From NCBI GenBank assembly GCA_041695225.1, contig JBGFRI010000035.1, positions 73,594 through 137,593 on the forward strand: 64,000 nt of DNA, given 5' to 3'. A program made the translations under genes and the position numbers. This stretch comes from Deinococcota bacterium (GTDB lineage Bacteria > Deinococcota > Deinococci > Deinococcales > Thermaceae). Each line of letters begins with the position of its first letter. The stretch's first letter is position 1. A model generated the notes under the pieces. The model was given only the letters and a program-made list of their open reading frames with translations, searched no databases and was not told the origin of the DNA. Of the stretch, positions 1-10,693 are shown in pieces.

Positions 1-136
1 GTCTGGAGTGGGCTCAAGGCGGGGATTATTTACCAGCTTCTGGCTCTTACACCGTCCCATTACCTGTTTTTACTACAGGGCTACCGGCGTCTGACCAAAT
101 GTGTCCTCACTTACTTCAAATAAATCAACACGATTG

Positions 137-165
137 TTTACAAATTGAAGACAGCCTGCTATAGT
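137..165 (+). promoter_or_regulatory. sigma70-type promoter of the Crp/Fnr regulator
   Basis: TTTACA (137-142), 17 nt spacer, extended -10 TGcTATAGT (157-165); GAGGAG RBS before ATG 189. Confidence 0.7.
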
Positions 166-188
166 CAACCTTGAGGAGTGATTAAATA

Positions 189-797
189 ATGCAAACCAGC
201 ATCCTAGACACCCTAACTTTCGGCCCTGGTGAGATCATTCTCTATCCCGGAGAGCCCAGCTCCAAGGATTATCTCTACCGGGTACGGGAGGGTCTGGTGC
301 GCCTGCAGAGTGTTGATGACGAAGGCAATGCTCTAACGTTGCGGTTTGTTCGTCCTGGTGAGTATTTTGGCGAGGAGGTAATTTCCCTGGCCGAGCGCAC
401 CTATTTTGCCGAGGCCGTGACCGAGACCAGAGTGGATGCCCTGGCCCCCGCACAGCTATCGGCGCAGGAAATGGCCAGCCTGGTGCAAGGACTGGTTAAA
501 GCCCTGAGCCAGACCTACCAGACCATCCAGCGCATATCGGGCCAGCGCCTGAAGAACCGAATTGCTGCTACCCTGCTCGACCTTTCCCGCACCCCGGTAG
601 CCTTTACCGAGAAGAGCGGGCTGGTAGGGGTCAAGGCCACTCACGACGAAATTGCCTCGGCGGTGGGCTCGGTGCGCGAGACCGTAACCAAGGTAATCGG
701 CGAACTGACCCGCGAAGGCTATATTCGCTCGGGTTATGGCAGGCTGATCCTGGAAAACCCCCGCGGCCTCGAGCGCCTCTCCAACGAAGCGGCCTGA
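189..797 (+). CDS. Crp/Fnr family transcriptional regulator (SdrP/LdrP-like)
   Basis: cNMP-like domain (GEYFGEE) and C-terminal HTH (THDEIASAVGSVRETVTKVIGEL). Confidence 0.9.
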   Translation: MQTSILDTLTFGPGEIILYPGEPSSKDYLYRVREGLVRLQSVDDEGNALTLRFVRPGEYFGEEVISLAERTYFAEAVTETRVDALAPAQLSAQEMASLVQGLVKALSQTYQTIQRISGQRLKNRIAATLLDLSRTPVAFTEKSGLVGVKATHDEIASAVGSVRETVTKVIGELTREGYIRSGYGRLILENPRGLERLSNEAA

Positions 798-838
798 TAG
801 CACCCAGAGTTTTCCTAAAGCTCGCTCCTTTCTGAGAT

Positions 839-866
839 AAGTCGTACAGCTTTTGTACGACTTTTT
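839..866 (+). terminator. intrinsic terminator
   Basis: AAGTCGTACA/TGTACGACTT 10-bp stem followed by a T run, downstream of the Crp gene. Confidence 0.75.
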
Positions 867-1040
867 GCATCGCGACCTGGTTTCCTAATCAGCAACACAG
901 TGGAAACGGGCTGCTAAAGCTCAGATTTAGCTTCCTGATTCGGCCATATTCACCTGGCTACAAAGACCAGGGCCAACTGAATCGAGTTCTTTGGCGTAGC
1001 GGTGTGTCGGCTGGCTGTCGGCTGGCTGTATTTACGGGCG

Positions 1041-1072
1041 GAAATATAGCCTCCTCCAAAAACGGAGGAGGC
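1041..1072 (-). terminator. intrinsic terminator of the 5'-nucleotidase gene
   Basis: GCCTCCTCC/GGAGGAGGC 9-bp stem with AT-rich tail on the minus strand. Confidence 0.6.
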
Positions 1073-1098
1073 CACTGGGTTTGTGGTGTCAAGGAAGG

Positions 1099-2769
1099 CT
1101 AAACCCCCACCCGCAAGAACCTGTCGGAGTAGAACGGCCCCTCCCAGCGCTGGCCTCGAGGCTCGTTAAGGATGGTAATGCGGTTCTCCAGGCGCGGCTC
1201 CCACGAGGGCTGGGTACGCAGGTACTCAATCAGAACTTCGGCGTCGCTAAAACCGGTATCGACGCGGAAGCCCCGGGCATCGCGGAACGATGTAAAGCCG
1301 TCGCCGCCCGCGGCGGTAAAGCTGTTGGTCACGACCCGGTAGGTGGCGTTTGGATCCAGCGGCTGGAAGCCGGTTGGAGTCTGGATCTGAACCTGGGTTA
1401 TGCGGCTGCCTGCCGGGCGGGCCATGTCGAAGGTGTAGCGGATGCCCGCCACCCCAGAAAGGAAACGCCCGGCAATGGCCTCCCACTGGGATACGCCGTT
1501 TTCCAGGGCGGCCAGAATCTCGCTACCCCGCAGCTCGAGCACCGTAAGGGTGTTGCCAAACGGCAGTACCTCGTTGGCCTGGCCCACGGTAATGTTTCCG
1601 GCTGGAATGCTGGCGCGGATGCCCCCGCCGTTTTGCAGGGCGATGGTTGCGCCAGCCTGGCGGGTCTTCCACAGCATGGCGTCGGCAATCAAGTTAGCCA
1701 GGTTGGTCTCACGGCGGCGCACATCGTTGCGCTCGCCATTTAGGGCCACTGCAGCGCGAGAGACCACCTGTGCCCGTAGCGCCGCAATAGGCAGGCCATA
1801 AGCTGCAATGGCATCCAGCGCAAAGCGGTCTTCGGGCAGGTCGGCGGTCAGGGGGATCACCTGGCCCTGGTGGGCTACCAGCTCGCCTCGGGGGTTGAGG
1901 GTGACCTGCAAGCGGCCCACTACCTTGGCCCACTCCCAGGCCTGCACCACCAGCACATCCTTGTTCTCGGGGTTCTTGACAATGGTGGGGTAGGGCCCGC
2001 CCGAACGCAGCTCGGGGAAGGGGGTCTGGCCCAGCAGGGTGTGGCTGTGCCCGCCCACAATCACCTGCACCCCGGTTACCCTGCGGGCCAGCTCTTGCTC
2101 TTGGCGGTAGCCCAGGTGCGAGAGCACCACAATGTTCTTTACACCCCTGGCCAGAAGCTCGACCACTGCCTGCTGGGTGGCGGGAACCGGGTCGGTAAAG
2201 CGCACATTGGGTCCGGGGCTCGAAAGGATGTTGGTATCGGGGGTGGTGAGGCCAATAATCCCCACCCGCTGCCCACCCACACTCACCACTGCATAGGGCC
2301 GGATGCGCCCGGCCAGCCTGGGCTCGCGCGAGACATCGGTATTGGCCGATACTACCGCAAAGCGAATGCCATTTAGAAAGTTTGCCAGACCCTCGGGCCC
2401 CAGGTTGTACTCGTGGTTGCCCGGCGCCAGGGCCCGGATGCCCATCCGGTGCAGGAAGTGGCGGTCGGCCAGCCCCTGGTACTGGTTAAAGAACAGGGTT
2501 CCCTGAAAAACGTCCCCCGCGTGCAAAAACAGGGGATTGGTGGCAGTGCCGCGCATCCGGTCAAAAAACGAGATGGTACGGGCAAAGCCTCCCAAAATCT
2601 GGTTTCGTTGACCGCCCAGAGTGAGGCCCGTGGTGGGCTCGAGCCTGGCGTGGGTGTCGTTGATGTGAACAATGGTCATGGTGAAGTTACCAACACCCTG
2701 AGCCCTGGTAAAGCCGGCCAGGGCCGCCCCGCCAACCAGACCTGCTTTGAGTACATCTCTACGGCGCAT
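1099..2769 (-). CDS. Tat-exported 5'-nucleotidase / UDP-sugar hydrolase (UshA family)
   Basis: MRRRDVLK twin-arginine signal; HINDTH, AGDVFQG, GNHEY, SHLG and GGHSH metallophosphoesterase motifs; NGGGIR and LPFGN in the C-domain. Confidence 0.92.
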   Translation of the reverse strand: MRRRDVLKAGLVGGAALAGFTRAQGVGNFTMTIVHINDTHARLEPTTGLTLGGQRNQILGGFARTISFFDRMRGTATNPLFLHAGDVFQGTLFFNQYQGLADRHFLHRMGIRALAPGNHEYNLGPEGLANFLNGIRFAVVSANTDVSREPRLAGRIRPYAVVSVGGQRVGIIGLTTPDTNILSSPGPNVRFTDPVPATQQAVVELLARGVKNIVVLSHLGYRQEQELARRVTGVQVIVGGHSHTLLGQTPFPELRSGGPYPTIVKNPENKDVLVVQAWEWAKVVGRLQVTLNPRGELVAHQGQVIPLTADLPEDRFALDAIAAYGLPIAALRAQVVSRAAVALNGERNDVRRRETNLANLIADAMLWKTRQAGATIALQNGGGIRASIPAGNITVGQANEVLPFGNTLTVLELRGSEILAALENGVSQWEAIAGRFLSGVAGIRYTFDMARPAGSRITQVQIQTPTGFQPLDPNATYRVVTNSFTAAGGDGFTSFRDARGFRVDTGFSDAEVLIEYLRTQPSWEPRLENRITILNEPRGQRWEGPFYSDRFLRVGV

Positions 2770-2951
2770 GGTTTCTCCTCCTCTAAACTACCCACGACAT
2801 TCTATAACTGCCCAAGGTCATGTCTGCATCAAGCCAAGAGTGTTGAAACATTGAGCCCGATTTCAGCCGGCCCTCAGATTTGACGCATAGGTTTAGTCGG
2901 TAGTCCGACCATGCTGTATTTTGCAGTTTTGTCAGCCACCCAGGAGAACTT

Positions 2952-4034
2952 ATGAGACACCTTGTTGCTGCCCTGCTTGTTATTACCCTTGTAGGATGCC
3001 AGGAAATTGTTGCCCCGGCCAACTTTAGGGTGGAAGAAGTGAGAAGAGAACTAGGCGGCGCCCTCTGGAGCATCAATTTTGCTCCCGATGGCCGCTTGTT
3101 CTTCACCGATCGCGATCGGAGCCAGATTCGCGTAAGCGCTCTGAATCTGACCACCGGGGCGGTGACCCATTTCAACGGCAGTTCGGCTGTGCGAGACGAG
3201 GGTGAGGGCGGCATTCTGGGTATGGAGCTCGATCCTGACTTTGCCCGCAACAGTTGGGTCTACATATGCTATTCGGTCTGGAGCAATGGAAACCGCCGTA
3301 ACCGGCTTTCCCGCTTCCAGATTTCCGGCAATGCTTTGACCAATGAATTAATTTTGCTGGATAACATGCGTGGGGCCTCTAACCACAATGGCTGCCGGGT
3401 AGTCTGGGGTCCTGACAACATGCTTTACTTCTCGATGGGTGACGCGGCTGATCAGCCTTCCTCGCAAGACCTATCTGCGCTGGCCGGCAAAATCTTCCGC
3501 ATCAACCCGAATGGCACCATTCCAAGTGATAATCCATTCCCCGGCAGTCCTGTTTGGGCACTGGGCCTGCGCAACTCGCAGGGACTGGCCTTCCAGCCCG
3601 GCACTGGACTCCTGTGGTCTACCGAGCATGGGCCACACATAAAGGATGAGCTCAATGTAATCAAGCGCGGCAGAAACTACGGCTGGCCCCACTGCATGGG
3701 TACCGACCCCTGCCCCAGCGTGACCAACTATCAGCCCGCCATCAGGCAGTACACCGCCACCGACACCATCGCACCCAGCGACATGATGTTCTATACAGGC
3801 AACGTGTTTACCGCTTGGCGTAACAACCTGTTCTTTGTCACCCTTAGAACTGGGCGGCTATACCGGCTGGTGTTGAATGGGGAGTCAGTCGCTCATGAAG
3901 AGATCCTGATTGATACCCATACTGGCCCTCATCGGGGGTTTGGTCGCTTGCGAGATATCGCCACCGGGCCGGATGGTTTGATCTACATTTCTACCGATGA
4001 CGGGCGCATTTTGCGGCTGGTTCCGACAAACTAG
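2952..4034 (+). CDS. PQQ-dependent sugar (aldose) dehydrogenase family lipoprotein
   Basis: Lipobox LVGC; GEGGILG, HNG, GLRNSQG, EHGP, DELN and GRLRD motifs. Confidence 0.88.
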   Translation: MRHLVAALLVITLVGCQEIVAPANFRVEEVRRELGGALWSINFAPDGRLFFTDRDRSQIRVSALNLTTGAVTHFNGSSAVRDEGEGGILGMELDPDFARNSWVYICYSVWSNGNRRNRLSRFQISGNALTNELILLDNMRGASNHNGCRVVWGPDNMLYFSMGDAADQPSSQDLSALAGKIFRINPNGTIPSDNPFPGSPVWALGLRNSQGLAFQPGTGLLWSTEHGPHIKDELNVIKRGRNYGWPHCMGTDPCPSVTNYQPAIRQYTATDTIAPSDMMFYTGNVFTAWRNNLFFVTLRTGRLYRLVLNGESVAHEEILIDTHTGPHRGFGRLRDIATGPDGLIYISTDDGRILRLVPTN

Positions 4035-4098
4035 AGTTGGGCGGGCTAATCTGGGCATTTTCCACACCCTCTTCATCTGCTGCCACTAGACTGATGCC

Positions 4099-5277
4099 AT
4101 GTTTATTATTGCCCTGGTACTTTTTGCGAGTTTTGCACTGGCCCAAAACCAGCCCGCTTTTCGGGTAGAAGAGGTAGCCCGCAATCTGGGGGTGCCCTGG
4201 AGTATGCAGTTTGCCCCAGATGGCAGGCTGTTTTTTACCCAGCGTGACCTGAGCACCATCCAGGTTAGCGCCCTGGACTTGCGTACCGGCAGGGTAACCA
4301 GCTTTCCTGGCAGTTCTGCGGTGCGCGACGAGGGCGAGGGGGGTATTTTGGGCCTCGAGCTCGACCCCAACTTTGCCCAGAACAACCGCCTTTTCATCTG
4401 TTACTCGTACTGGAAGGACGGCGTTCAGGCCCCCAACAACCGGCGTAACCGGGTCTCGAGCTTCATCCTGGCCAACAACCGCCTGACCAACGAACGCATC
4501 CTGCTGGGCGATATGCTGGGCTGGGTCAACCACAACGGCTGCCGGGTGGTCTGGGGGCCCGATGGAAGGCTGTATATCTCGATGGGCGATGCTGGCAACG
4601 CCCCCGCCAACATTCCCGGCGAGCCGGGCTACGCGGCCAAGGCCCAGAGCCTGCGGCTTTTATCGGGGAAAATTTTCCGCATCAACCCCGATGGCAGCAT
4701 CCCCTCCGACAACCCCTTCTATACCCGGACTACAGGAGCCGCCAGGGCTACCTGGGCGCTGGGGCTGCGCAACACCCAGGGGCTGGCCTTTCAGCCGGGA
4801 ACCAATTTGCTCTGGGCCACCGAGCACGGCCCCAACACCCGCGATGAGCTAAACATTATCCGCCGGGGCAAAAACTATGGCTGGCCCCGCTGTAGTGGAA
4901 CCCAGCCCTTTGGCACGGTGATGCATGTGCCCGCCGATAGTATTACCTTTAACTGCACCGGCGCCGATCTGCGCGAGACTTACCAGCCCGCCGTGCGGGA
5001 GTACGGAGGTGGCAACCTGCCTACCATCGCCCCCAGCAACCTGATGTTCTATACCGGCAACGCCTTTCCCCAGTGGGCAGGGAATTTGTTTTTTGTAACC
5101 CTTCGCACCGGGCGGCTGTACCGGCTCGAGCTTAGCGGCGAGCAGGTTATCAGGGAAGAAATTCTGATCAACAATCAGCATGGCCGCCTGCGCGATATTG
5201 TGGTGGGGCCGGATGGCCTGATCTATATCTCCACCGACCACGGCCAGATTCTGCGCCTCAGGCCCGGCGCTCCCTGA
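4099..5277 (+). CDS. PQQ-dependent sugar dehydrogenase family protein (Sec signal), tandem paralog
   Basis: Signal ending ALA-Q; same motifs as the upstream paralog. Confidence 0.88.
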   Translation: MFIIALVLFASFALAQNQPAFRVEEVARNLGVPWSMQFAPDGRLFFTQRDLSTIQVSALDLRTGRVTSFPGSSAVRDEGEGGILGLELDPNFAQNNRLFICYSYWKDGVQAPNNRRNRVSSFILANNRLTNERILLGDMLGWVNHNGCRVVWGPDGRLYISMGDAGNAPANIPGEPGYAAKAQSLRLLSGKIFRINPDGSIPSDNPFYTRTTGAARATWALGLRNTQGLAFQPGTNLLWATEHGPNTRDELNIIRRGKNYGWPRCSGTQPFGTVMHVPADSITFNCTGADLRETYQPAVREYGGGNLPTIAPSNLMFYTGNAFPQWAGNLFFVTLRTGRLYRLELSGEQVIREEILINNQHGRLRDIVVGPDGLIYISTDHGQILRLRPGAP

Positions 5278-5312
5278 TAAAAGCGGTTCTGTGTGAACAG
5301 TATGCTATAAGC

Positions 5313-6674
5313 ATGGCGCATACCAGGCAGGATATTCTGCAACAGCTCAAAGACCAGCAGGTGCGCTCTTTGCGCCTGCAGTTTAGCGACATTCTGGGCA
5401 TTAACAAGGCCGTAGAGCTGCCGGTGGGCCAGGCCGAGAAGGCCCTGGACGGCGAGATCGTGTTTGATGGCTCGTCGCTGGAGGGCATTGGCCGCACCGA
5501 GGTCGAAGAGTCGGACATGCTCCTGAGGCCCGATTACAACAGCTTTGTGGTTTATCCGCGGGATCTGGAACCCACTACCAAAGTAAGCGTGGCCCGACTG
5601 ATCTGTGACATTGCCTACCTCGACGGCACGCCCTTTGAAGGCGACCCCCGGCGGGTGCTAAAGCGGCAGCTCGAGCGGGCCCAGAAAACAGGTTTTGACC
5701 AGTTCTTTGTGGGCGCCGAGGCGGAGTTTTTTTTGTTCAGCCGTGGTCCGGACGGCAGCCCCACCACTTACACCAACGACCGCGCAGGCTACTTTGATCT
5801 GGCCCCTACCGACAAAGGTGAAGAAGCCAGGCGCAATATGGTAGACACCCTGGGCGCAATGGGGCTAGAGATCGAAGCCGCCCACCACGAAGGGGCCCCC
5901 GGTCAGCACGAGATAGATTTCAAACACGCTAGCGCCCTGAAAGTCGCCGATGACCTGACCACTTTCAAGTTTGTGGCCAAGCGGGTAGCAATTAACCACG
6001 GATTACACGCGACCTTCATGCCCAAGCCCATCGCCGGAATCAATGGTTCGGGTCTGCACTTTCACCTATCGCTCTTTAAGAACGGTCAGAATGCGTTTTT
6101 TGAGCCCAGGGGCAGGCTCGAGGCCTGGCCCCACCAGCTCTCCAAAACTGCCTTGCAGTTTATTGCTGGCCTTTTCGAGCACGCCGAGGGCATGGCCGCC
6201 ATTACCAACCCGCTGGTGAACTCCTACAAACGCCTGACCCCCGGCTTCGAAGCCCCCACCAGCGTGGCCTGGTCGGTCTCGCACCGCAGCGCCATGATCC
6301 GCGTGCCCAGGCGGCGTGGCGTGGGCACGCGGGCCGAGTTTCGCTTTCCCGACCCCTCCTGCAACCCCTATCTGGCCCTGGCGGTTATTCTGGCTGCGGG
6401 GCTTGAGGGTATCGAGAGCAGCCTGACCCCGCCGCCGCCCATCGAGCGCGACGTATACGAACTATCGGTGCGAGACCGGCGCAAGTACCGGGTCACCGAG
6501 ATGCCCGGAACCCTGCGCGAAGCCCTGGAAGCCCTGCAAAAAGACCGGGTGGTTCGCCAGGCCTTAGGAGAGCAGGTCTACCAGGACTTTCTCAACGCCA
6601 AACAGCTCGAGTGGAACTCCTACCGCACCGCGGTGCACCAGTGGGAGTTACAGCAGTATCTGGCCGAGTACTAA
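5313..6674 (+). CDS. glnA: glutamine synthetase type I
   Basis: FDGSS, EAEFFLF, HHEGAPGQHE, FMPKP, NGSGLH, PGFEAP and NPYLA motifs. Confidence 0.85.
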   Translation: MAHTRQDILQQLKDQQVRSLRLQFSDILGINKAVELPVGQAEKALDGEIVFDGSSLEGIGRTEVEESDMLLRPDYNSFVVYPRDLEPTTKVSVARLICDIAYLDGTPFEGDPRRVLKRQLERAQKTGFDQFFVGAEAEFFLFSRGPDGSPTTYTNDRAGYFDLAPTDKGEEARRNMVDTLGAMGLEIEAAHHEGAPGQHEIDFKHASALKVADDLTTFKFVAKRVAINHGLHATFMPKPIAGINGSGLHFHLSLFKNGQNAFFEPRGRLEAWPHQLSKTALQFIAGLFEHAEGMAAITNPLVNSYKRLTPGFEAPTSVAWSVSHRSAMIRVPRRRGVGTRAEFRFPDPSCNPYLALAVILAAGLEGIESSLTPPPPIERDVYELSVRDRRKYRVTEMPGTLREALEALQKDRVVRQALGEQVYQDFLNAKQLEWNSYRTAVHQWELQQYLAEY

Positions 6675-6675
6675 C

Positions 6676-6830
6676 TATAGTGGACCCCATAAGCTAGACA
6701 GAACACCGCAGGCTCTAAGCGACCATAGAAGACGCTGTCCCGAGCCTGCGTCAGGATGAGAAAACACCACTCAGCCAGTTTCAAAGCACAGGTTGTCCTG
6801 GAGCTACTCAGGGAAGAAAAGACAGATTCG
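6676..6830 (+). mobile_element. IS3-family left-end remnant (IR plus truncated orfA)
   Basis: TATAGTGGACCCCATAAGCTAGACA resembles the IS3 end at 63881; ATG 6756 gives MRKHHSASFKAQVVLELLREEKT, an IS3 OrfA-like N-terminus that then loses similarity. Confidence 0.75.
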
Positions 6831-7201
6831 GAGCTGGAATCAGGATCGAGACCGTGGGCAATGTGCTTGTCAGTACACTGGTTCTTGAATACACACCCCG
6901 CTCGCTTCCTGCAAGCCCAGCAGGGGTGATCACCCAGTTTAACCTTGTAGGGGGTGGCTCAGTCCCTGGTGCAGGAGAAGCAGCCCAACTACACAAATCG
7001 CAGAGTGTCCGGTGATAACTGGAATCCTGGAGATTGCTCCTCCTCCCACTCGGGGAAGCATTGTACTGGAAAGCTATGCCGTTATCGGCTTTAACGGCAA
7101 TGGGCGTACAGTTGCACTCAATCCCCCGATGCCTCTCTACTAAACTATCTACACCCTCTCACCGGCCCGGGCTGTTCCCAGTCTGGGTTATACTTTGCGC
7201 A

Positions 7202-8161
7202 ATGAGCGCGAAGGGCTTAGCCGACAGGTTAGATCTGCTGCTAGCGAATTTCGAAGACCGGTTGCGGGATGTGGTGCAGTCTGAGGTGGAGTTTATCCGC
7301 CTCATTGAGGAAGACCTGGTAACCGCGGGGGGCAAGCGCATTCGACCACGGCTGGTATTCCTGGCCAGCAATGCCTTAGGAGGGGTTCCGGGTGCAATGG
7401 AGCTGGCCCTGTCGGTCGAGTTGCTGCACTCGGCTTCGCTACTGCACGACGACCTGGTAGACGATGCCGAGACCCGGCGGGGCAAGGAAGCCGCTTTTCG
7501 TAAGTATGGCAACGCGGTCTCGGTGCTTTCGGGCGACTACCTGCTTTCCCGGCTGATGGCCCTGCTAGCCCAGACCGGGCGGATGGAGCTGGTAGCAATG
7601 TTCGCCGAAACAGCCCGGCAACTTTCCGAGGCCGAGGTCTTGCAGTTTCAGGTCGCGGCGCTACACGATTACTCGCTGGCAAACTACGAACGTATCATAG
7701 ATGGCAAGACCGCCTCGGTCATGCGGGTAGCCTGCGAAGGGGCCGCGGTACTGGGCAGTGTGCCCGCTGCTGTGCGCGAGGCCCTGGCCCGCTTTGGTTC
7801 TCTGTATGGCCAGGCTTTCCAGATGCGCGACGACTACCTGGATCTGATGGGCACGGCAGAAGTGTTGGGCAAGCCTGCGGGGGGCGACGTGCGCGAGGGT
7901 AAAGTTACCCTTATTACCCTGCGTTTGCTCGAGGCCTACCCCGACGAAGTAGAGGCTATCTTTAAGCGCAAGGCCAGCGCGCCTGGCGATACCGCCCGCT
8001 TGCAGGAACTGGCAGTGCTCTCTGGCGCCGACCTCGAGGTCACCGAGGCCATTGGCGCACGGGTGGAGCGGGCCATCAGAGCCCTGCGGGTTCTACCCCA
8101 TTCAATCTACCGCGACGAACTGGAGGCCCTGGCCAGGCGCGAGCTGGTGCGGGTAAGGTGA
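7202..8161 (+). CDS. trans-polyprenyl diphosphate synthase (HepT/IspB family)
   Basis: GGKRIRP, LLHDDLVDDAETRRG, KTA and FQMRDDYLD; start placed at ATG 7202, 7 nt after TATACT. Confidence 0.92.
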   Translation: MSAKGLADRLDLLLANFEDRLRDVVQSEVEFIRLIEEDLVTAGGKRIRPRLVFLASNALGGVPGAMELALSVELLHSASLLHDDLVDDAETRRGKEAAFRKYGNAVSVLSGDYLLSRLMALLAQTGRMELVAMFAETARQLSEAEVLQFQVAALHDYSLANYERIIDGKTASVMRVACEGAAVLGSVPAAVREALARFGSLYGQAFQMRDDYLDLMGTAEVLGKPAGGDVREGKVTLITLRLLEAYPDEVEAIFKRKASAPGDTARLQELAVLSGADLEVTEAIGARVERAIRALRVLPHSIYRDELEALARRELVRVR

Positions 8162-8292
8162 TACCGGTTAACCTAACTTCCTAACTTCCCTGGTCCTGCT
8201 CCGCGTTGCCGCCGCTAGTGGCTGGGCCATAATCCTGCAACTGCGGCCTAGGTTAGCATTCAGAAATTACCAGGACGCCCACTCTAAATAGG

Positions 8293-8317
8293 AGCCGATA
8301 GCCGATAGCTGATAGCA
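8293..8317. repeat. short GATAGCC/GATAGCT heptamer tract
   Basis: agccgatagccgatagctgatagca. Confidence 0.7.
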
Positions 8318-8509
8318 ACAGCCGCTCTAACCAGGGGAGAGGAGATTTCTAAAACGCCATCTGAGAAAATGACACCCTGCCAGCTTGCATGCAGAAGTAA
8401 GTTAGTGACCGTGTTCATGGTCCCTGCGGCGTCGCCGGATGAGGGGCTTTGACTGCCCGCACAAAGTTGATGTATTACCCATTCTGCGCCAGCAGCTGGT
8501 GCTTATGTT

Positions 8510-9091
8510 CTACAAACGTACCCAGTCTTCCCTGGTGATCTCCATCGGCACAAACTCGGCCCTGGGCAAAAGGCTGAAGTAGAAACGGGGCGCGCCGGAA
8601 GGAGCGCCCTCAACCCGACGGAAGCCGGCTTTTGCAAAGGCCCGCTGAGCACGAAGGTTGTGTTTGTAAGTACGCAGCCTGACCTTTTCTAGCCGCAGGG
8701 TGCTGAAAGCATATTCCAGCACAGCCTTTACAGCATCTGTGCCGTAGCCCTGCCCCCAGCGGTTCTTGGCCCCAATCAGGATGCCCAGGGTAGCTTCGCT
8801 GCGGGTTATTTCATAAAGCTCCACAGTGCCCAACCACTCGCCTTTTTCGTCCATAATCCCAAACCCCATCCGGTCGCCGCGGCTGATCTCACCCATTACC
8901 ACCCGCTTGAAGAGCCACAATGGCATCTTGAGCGGGCGGCTACCATTCCACTCGGCAATTTCAGGATCACGGAAACAGTCGTAAAACCGTCGCCATTCGG
9001 CCTCTGCGATAGGCTCAGTAAAGGGTTTCAGGCTTACTTTTCCGCGGCGCGGCCAGGTGTTGCTGAGCGTCACCCTTTTAGCATACGCCAA
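8510..9091 (-). CDS. GNAT (RimJ/RimL-like) N-acetyltransferase
   Basis: WGQGYGTDA acetyl-CoA motif; N..A...F.KAGF. Confidence 0.85.
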   Translation of the reverse strand: MAYAKRVTLSNTWPRRGKVSLKPFTEPIAEAEWRRFYDCFRDPEIAEWNGSRPLKMPLWLFKRVVMGEISRGDRMGFGIMDEKGEWLGTVELYEITRSEATLGILIGAKNRWGQGYGTDAVKAVLEYAFSTLRLEKVRLRTYKHNLRAQRAFAKAGFRRVEGAPSGAPRFYFSLLPRAEFVPMEITREDWVRL

Positions 9092-9267
9092 CCCCGAAAA
9101 GTGTATGGTTAGGAGTACCTGTTGCCAGGTTTATCGCGATTCGGGCCTTAGCCAGCGCCATACCGAGTTCAGAAATATAACCAGCCCGCAGTATCGCTTT
9201 ACCGATGCTGCTCCCAGCGCAAGGCGCAACTGTTTGTGCCTACAACCACAAGACTGTGGGAAGGCTT

Positions 9268-10545
9268 CTACGGATACAGTCCCAGCAAGGACCGTGCCTC
9301 CAGAACCCGCGTAGCGGCCACGATGTAGGCTGCGGTACGCAGGGAAACTTTTTTGTCGTGGGCCACCTGCCAGACCGCTTCAATGGACTGGCGCATCAGG
9401 CGCTCGAGCCTGGCATTAATTTCCTCTTCGCTCCAGAAAAAGCTATTGAAGTCCTGCACCCATTCGAAGTAACTTACCGTTACCCCGCCCGCATTGGCAA
9501 TCACATCGGGAATGACCAGCACCCCTCGCTCGGCCAGAATGTCGTCGGCGGCAGGTGTGGTGGGGCCGTTGGCCCCCTCGGCGATAATTTTGCACTGTAA
9601 CTTCCAGGCGTTGGCTTCGGTGATCTGCTTTTCCAGCGCAGCCGGAACCAGAAACTCGCACGGGGTGGTCAGCACCTCGGCAGCCGGGATGGGCTCGGCC
9701 CTGGCATAGCCTTTCACCCCGCCCATCTGTTTCACATAAATGTTCAGATCGTAGGGGTCTATCCCAGCATCATTGCGAATACCCCCGGTTACGTCGGAGA
9801 TGGCGATAACCTTAGCCCCGTGATCGTGGAAGATGCGGGCTGCAGCATTACCCACGTTGCCAAAACCCTGTATGGCTACCCGGCTACCTGCAATGGGCAG
9901 ACCAATTTTTGCGGCCGCAACCGCCGAGGTCACGAATACCCCTCGGCCGGTAGCATCCTGCCGCCCCAGTGAACCGCCCACCGCAATGGGTTTGCCGGTG
10001 ACAACCCCCGGCGCCGTGCGCCCCACGTTCATGGAGAAGGTATCCATCATCCAGGCCATTTCACGAGCACCAGTTCCCATATCTGGGGCGGGAATGTCTT
10101 TATCCGGGCCAATGATGATACCAATTTCGGAGGTATAGCGGCGGGTCAGGCGTTCGATTTCGCCGGGGCTGAGCTTGCGGGGGTCTACCCGGATACCCCC
10201 CTTGCCGCCCCCATAGGGCAGGCCCACCGCTGCGTTTTTGATGGTCATCCAGGCCGCCAGCGCCATGACCTCCGACAGGGTCACATCCTGGTGGTAGCGA
10301 ACACCTCCCTTGGCAGGGCCACGAAAAGTGTTGTGGTGAATCCGATAACCCTCGAAGTGAGCCACCGAGCCATCGTCCATCTGGATGGGCACATCTACAA
10401 TCAGGATACGTTTGGGTCGCTTGAGGTCCTCGACCCAGAAGGCCAGTCTGCCCAGATAGGGGGTGACCCGGTCTACCTGGGCCAGATAGATCTCCCAGGG
10501 GCCGATATTTTCGCTAGAAAGGTAAGAAAGGGTTTCAGATTTCAT
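9268..10545 (-). CDS. gdhB: glutamate dehydrogenase, catalytic subunit
   Basis: [29 protein letters not shown] and EGANGP motifs. Confidence 0.92.
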   Translation of the reverse strand: MKSETLSYLSSENIGPWEIYLAQVDRVTPYLGRLAFWVEDLKRPKRILIVDVPIQMDDGSVAHFEGYRIHHNTFRGPAKGGVRYHQDVTLSEVMALAAWMTIKNAAVGLPYGGGKGGIRVDPRKLSPGEIERLTRRYTSEIGIIIGPDKDIPAPDMGTGAREMAWMMDTFSMNVGRTAPGVVTGKPIAVGGSLGRQDATGRGVFVTSAVAAAKIGLPIAGSRVAIQGFGNVGNAAARIFHDHGAKVIAISDVTGGIRNDAGIDPYDLNIYVKQMGGVKGYARAEPIPAAEVLTTPCEFLVPAALEKQITEANAWKLQCKIIAEGANGPTTPAADDILAERGVLVIPDVIANAGGVTVSYFEWVQDFNSFFWSEEEINARLERLMRQSIEAVWQVAHDKKVSLRTAAYIVAATRVLEARSLLGLYP

Positions 10546-10693
10546 GGGTTCCTCCAGAAAGCGGATAGCTGATAGCCAGAATTTGCCGGAGCAACCTGGG
10601 TTCGGCAGGACAGGATACAGCGCTCTGTATCAGCAATCCTCGGTGTGAGGTCATTGGCTATGGGCAGCGGGCTATCCGCTACCGAGCTGCTCT

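Noticed and set aside
98..119. CRP/SdrP-like autoregulatory site AAATGTGTCCTCACTTACTTCA
   Set aside because: Second half-site is poor; cannot be supported without a matrix
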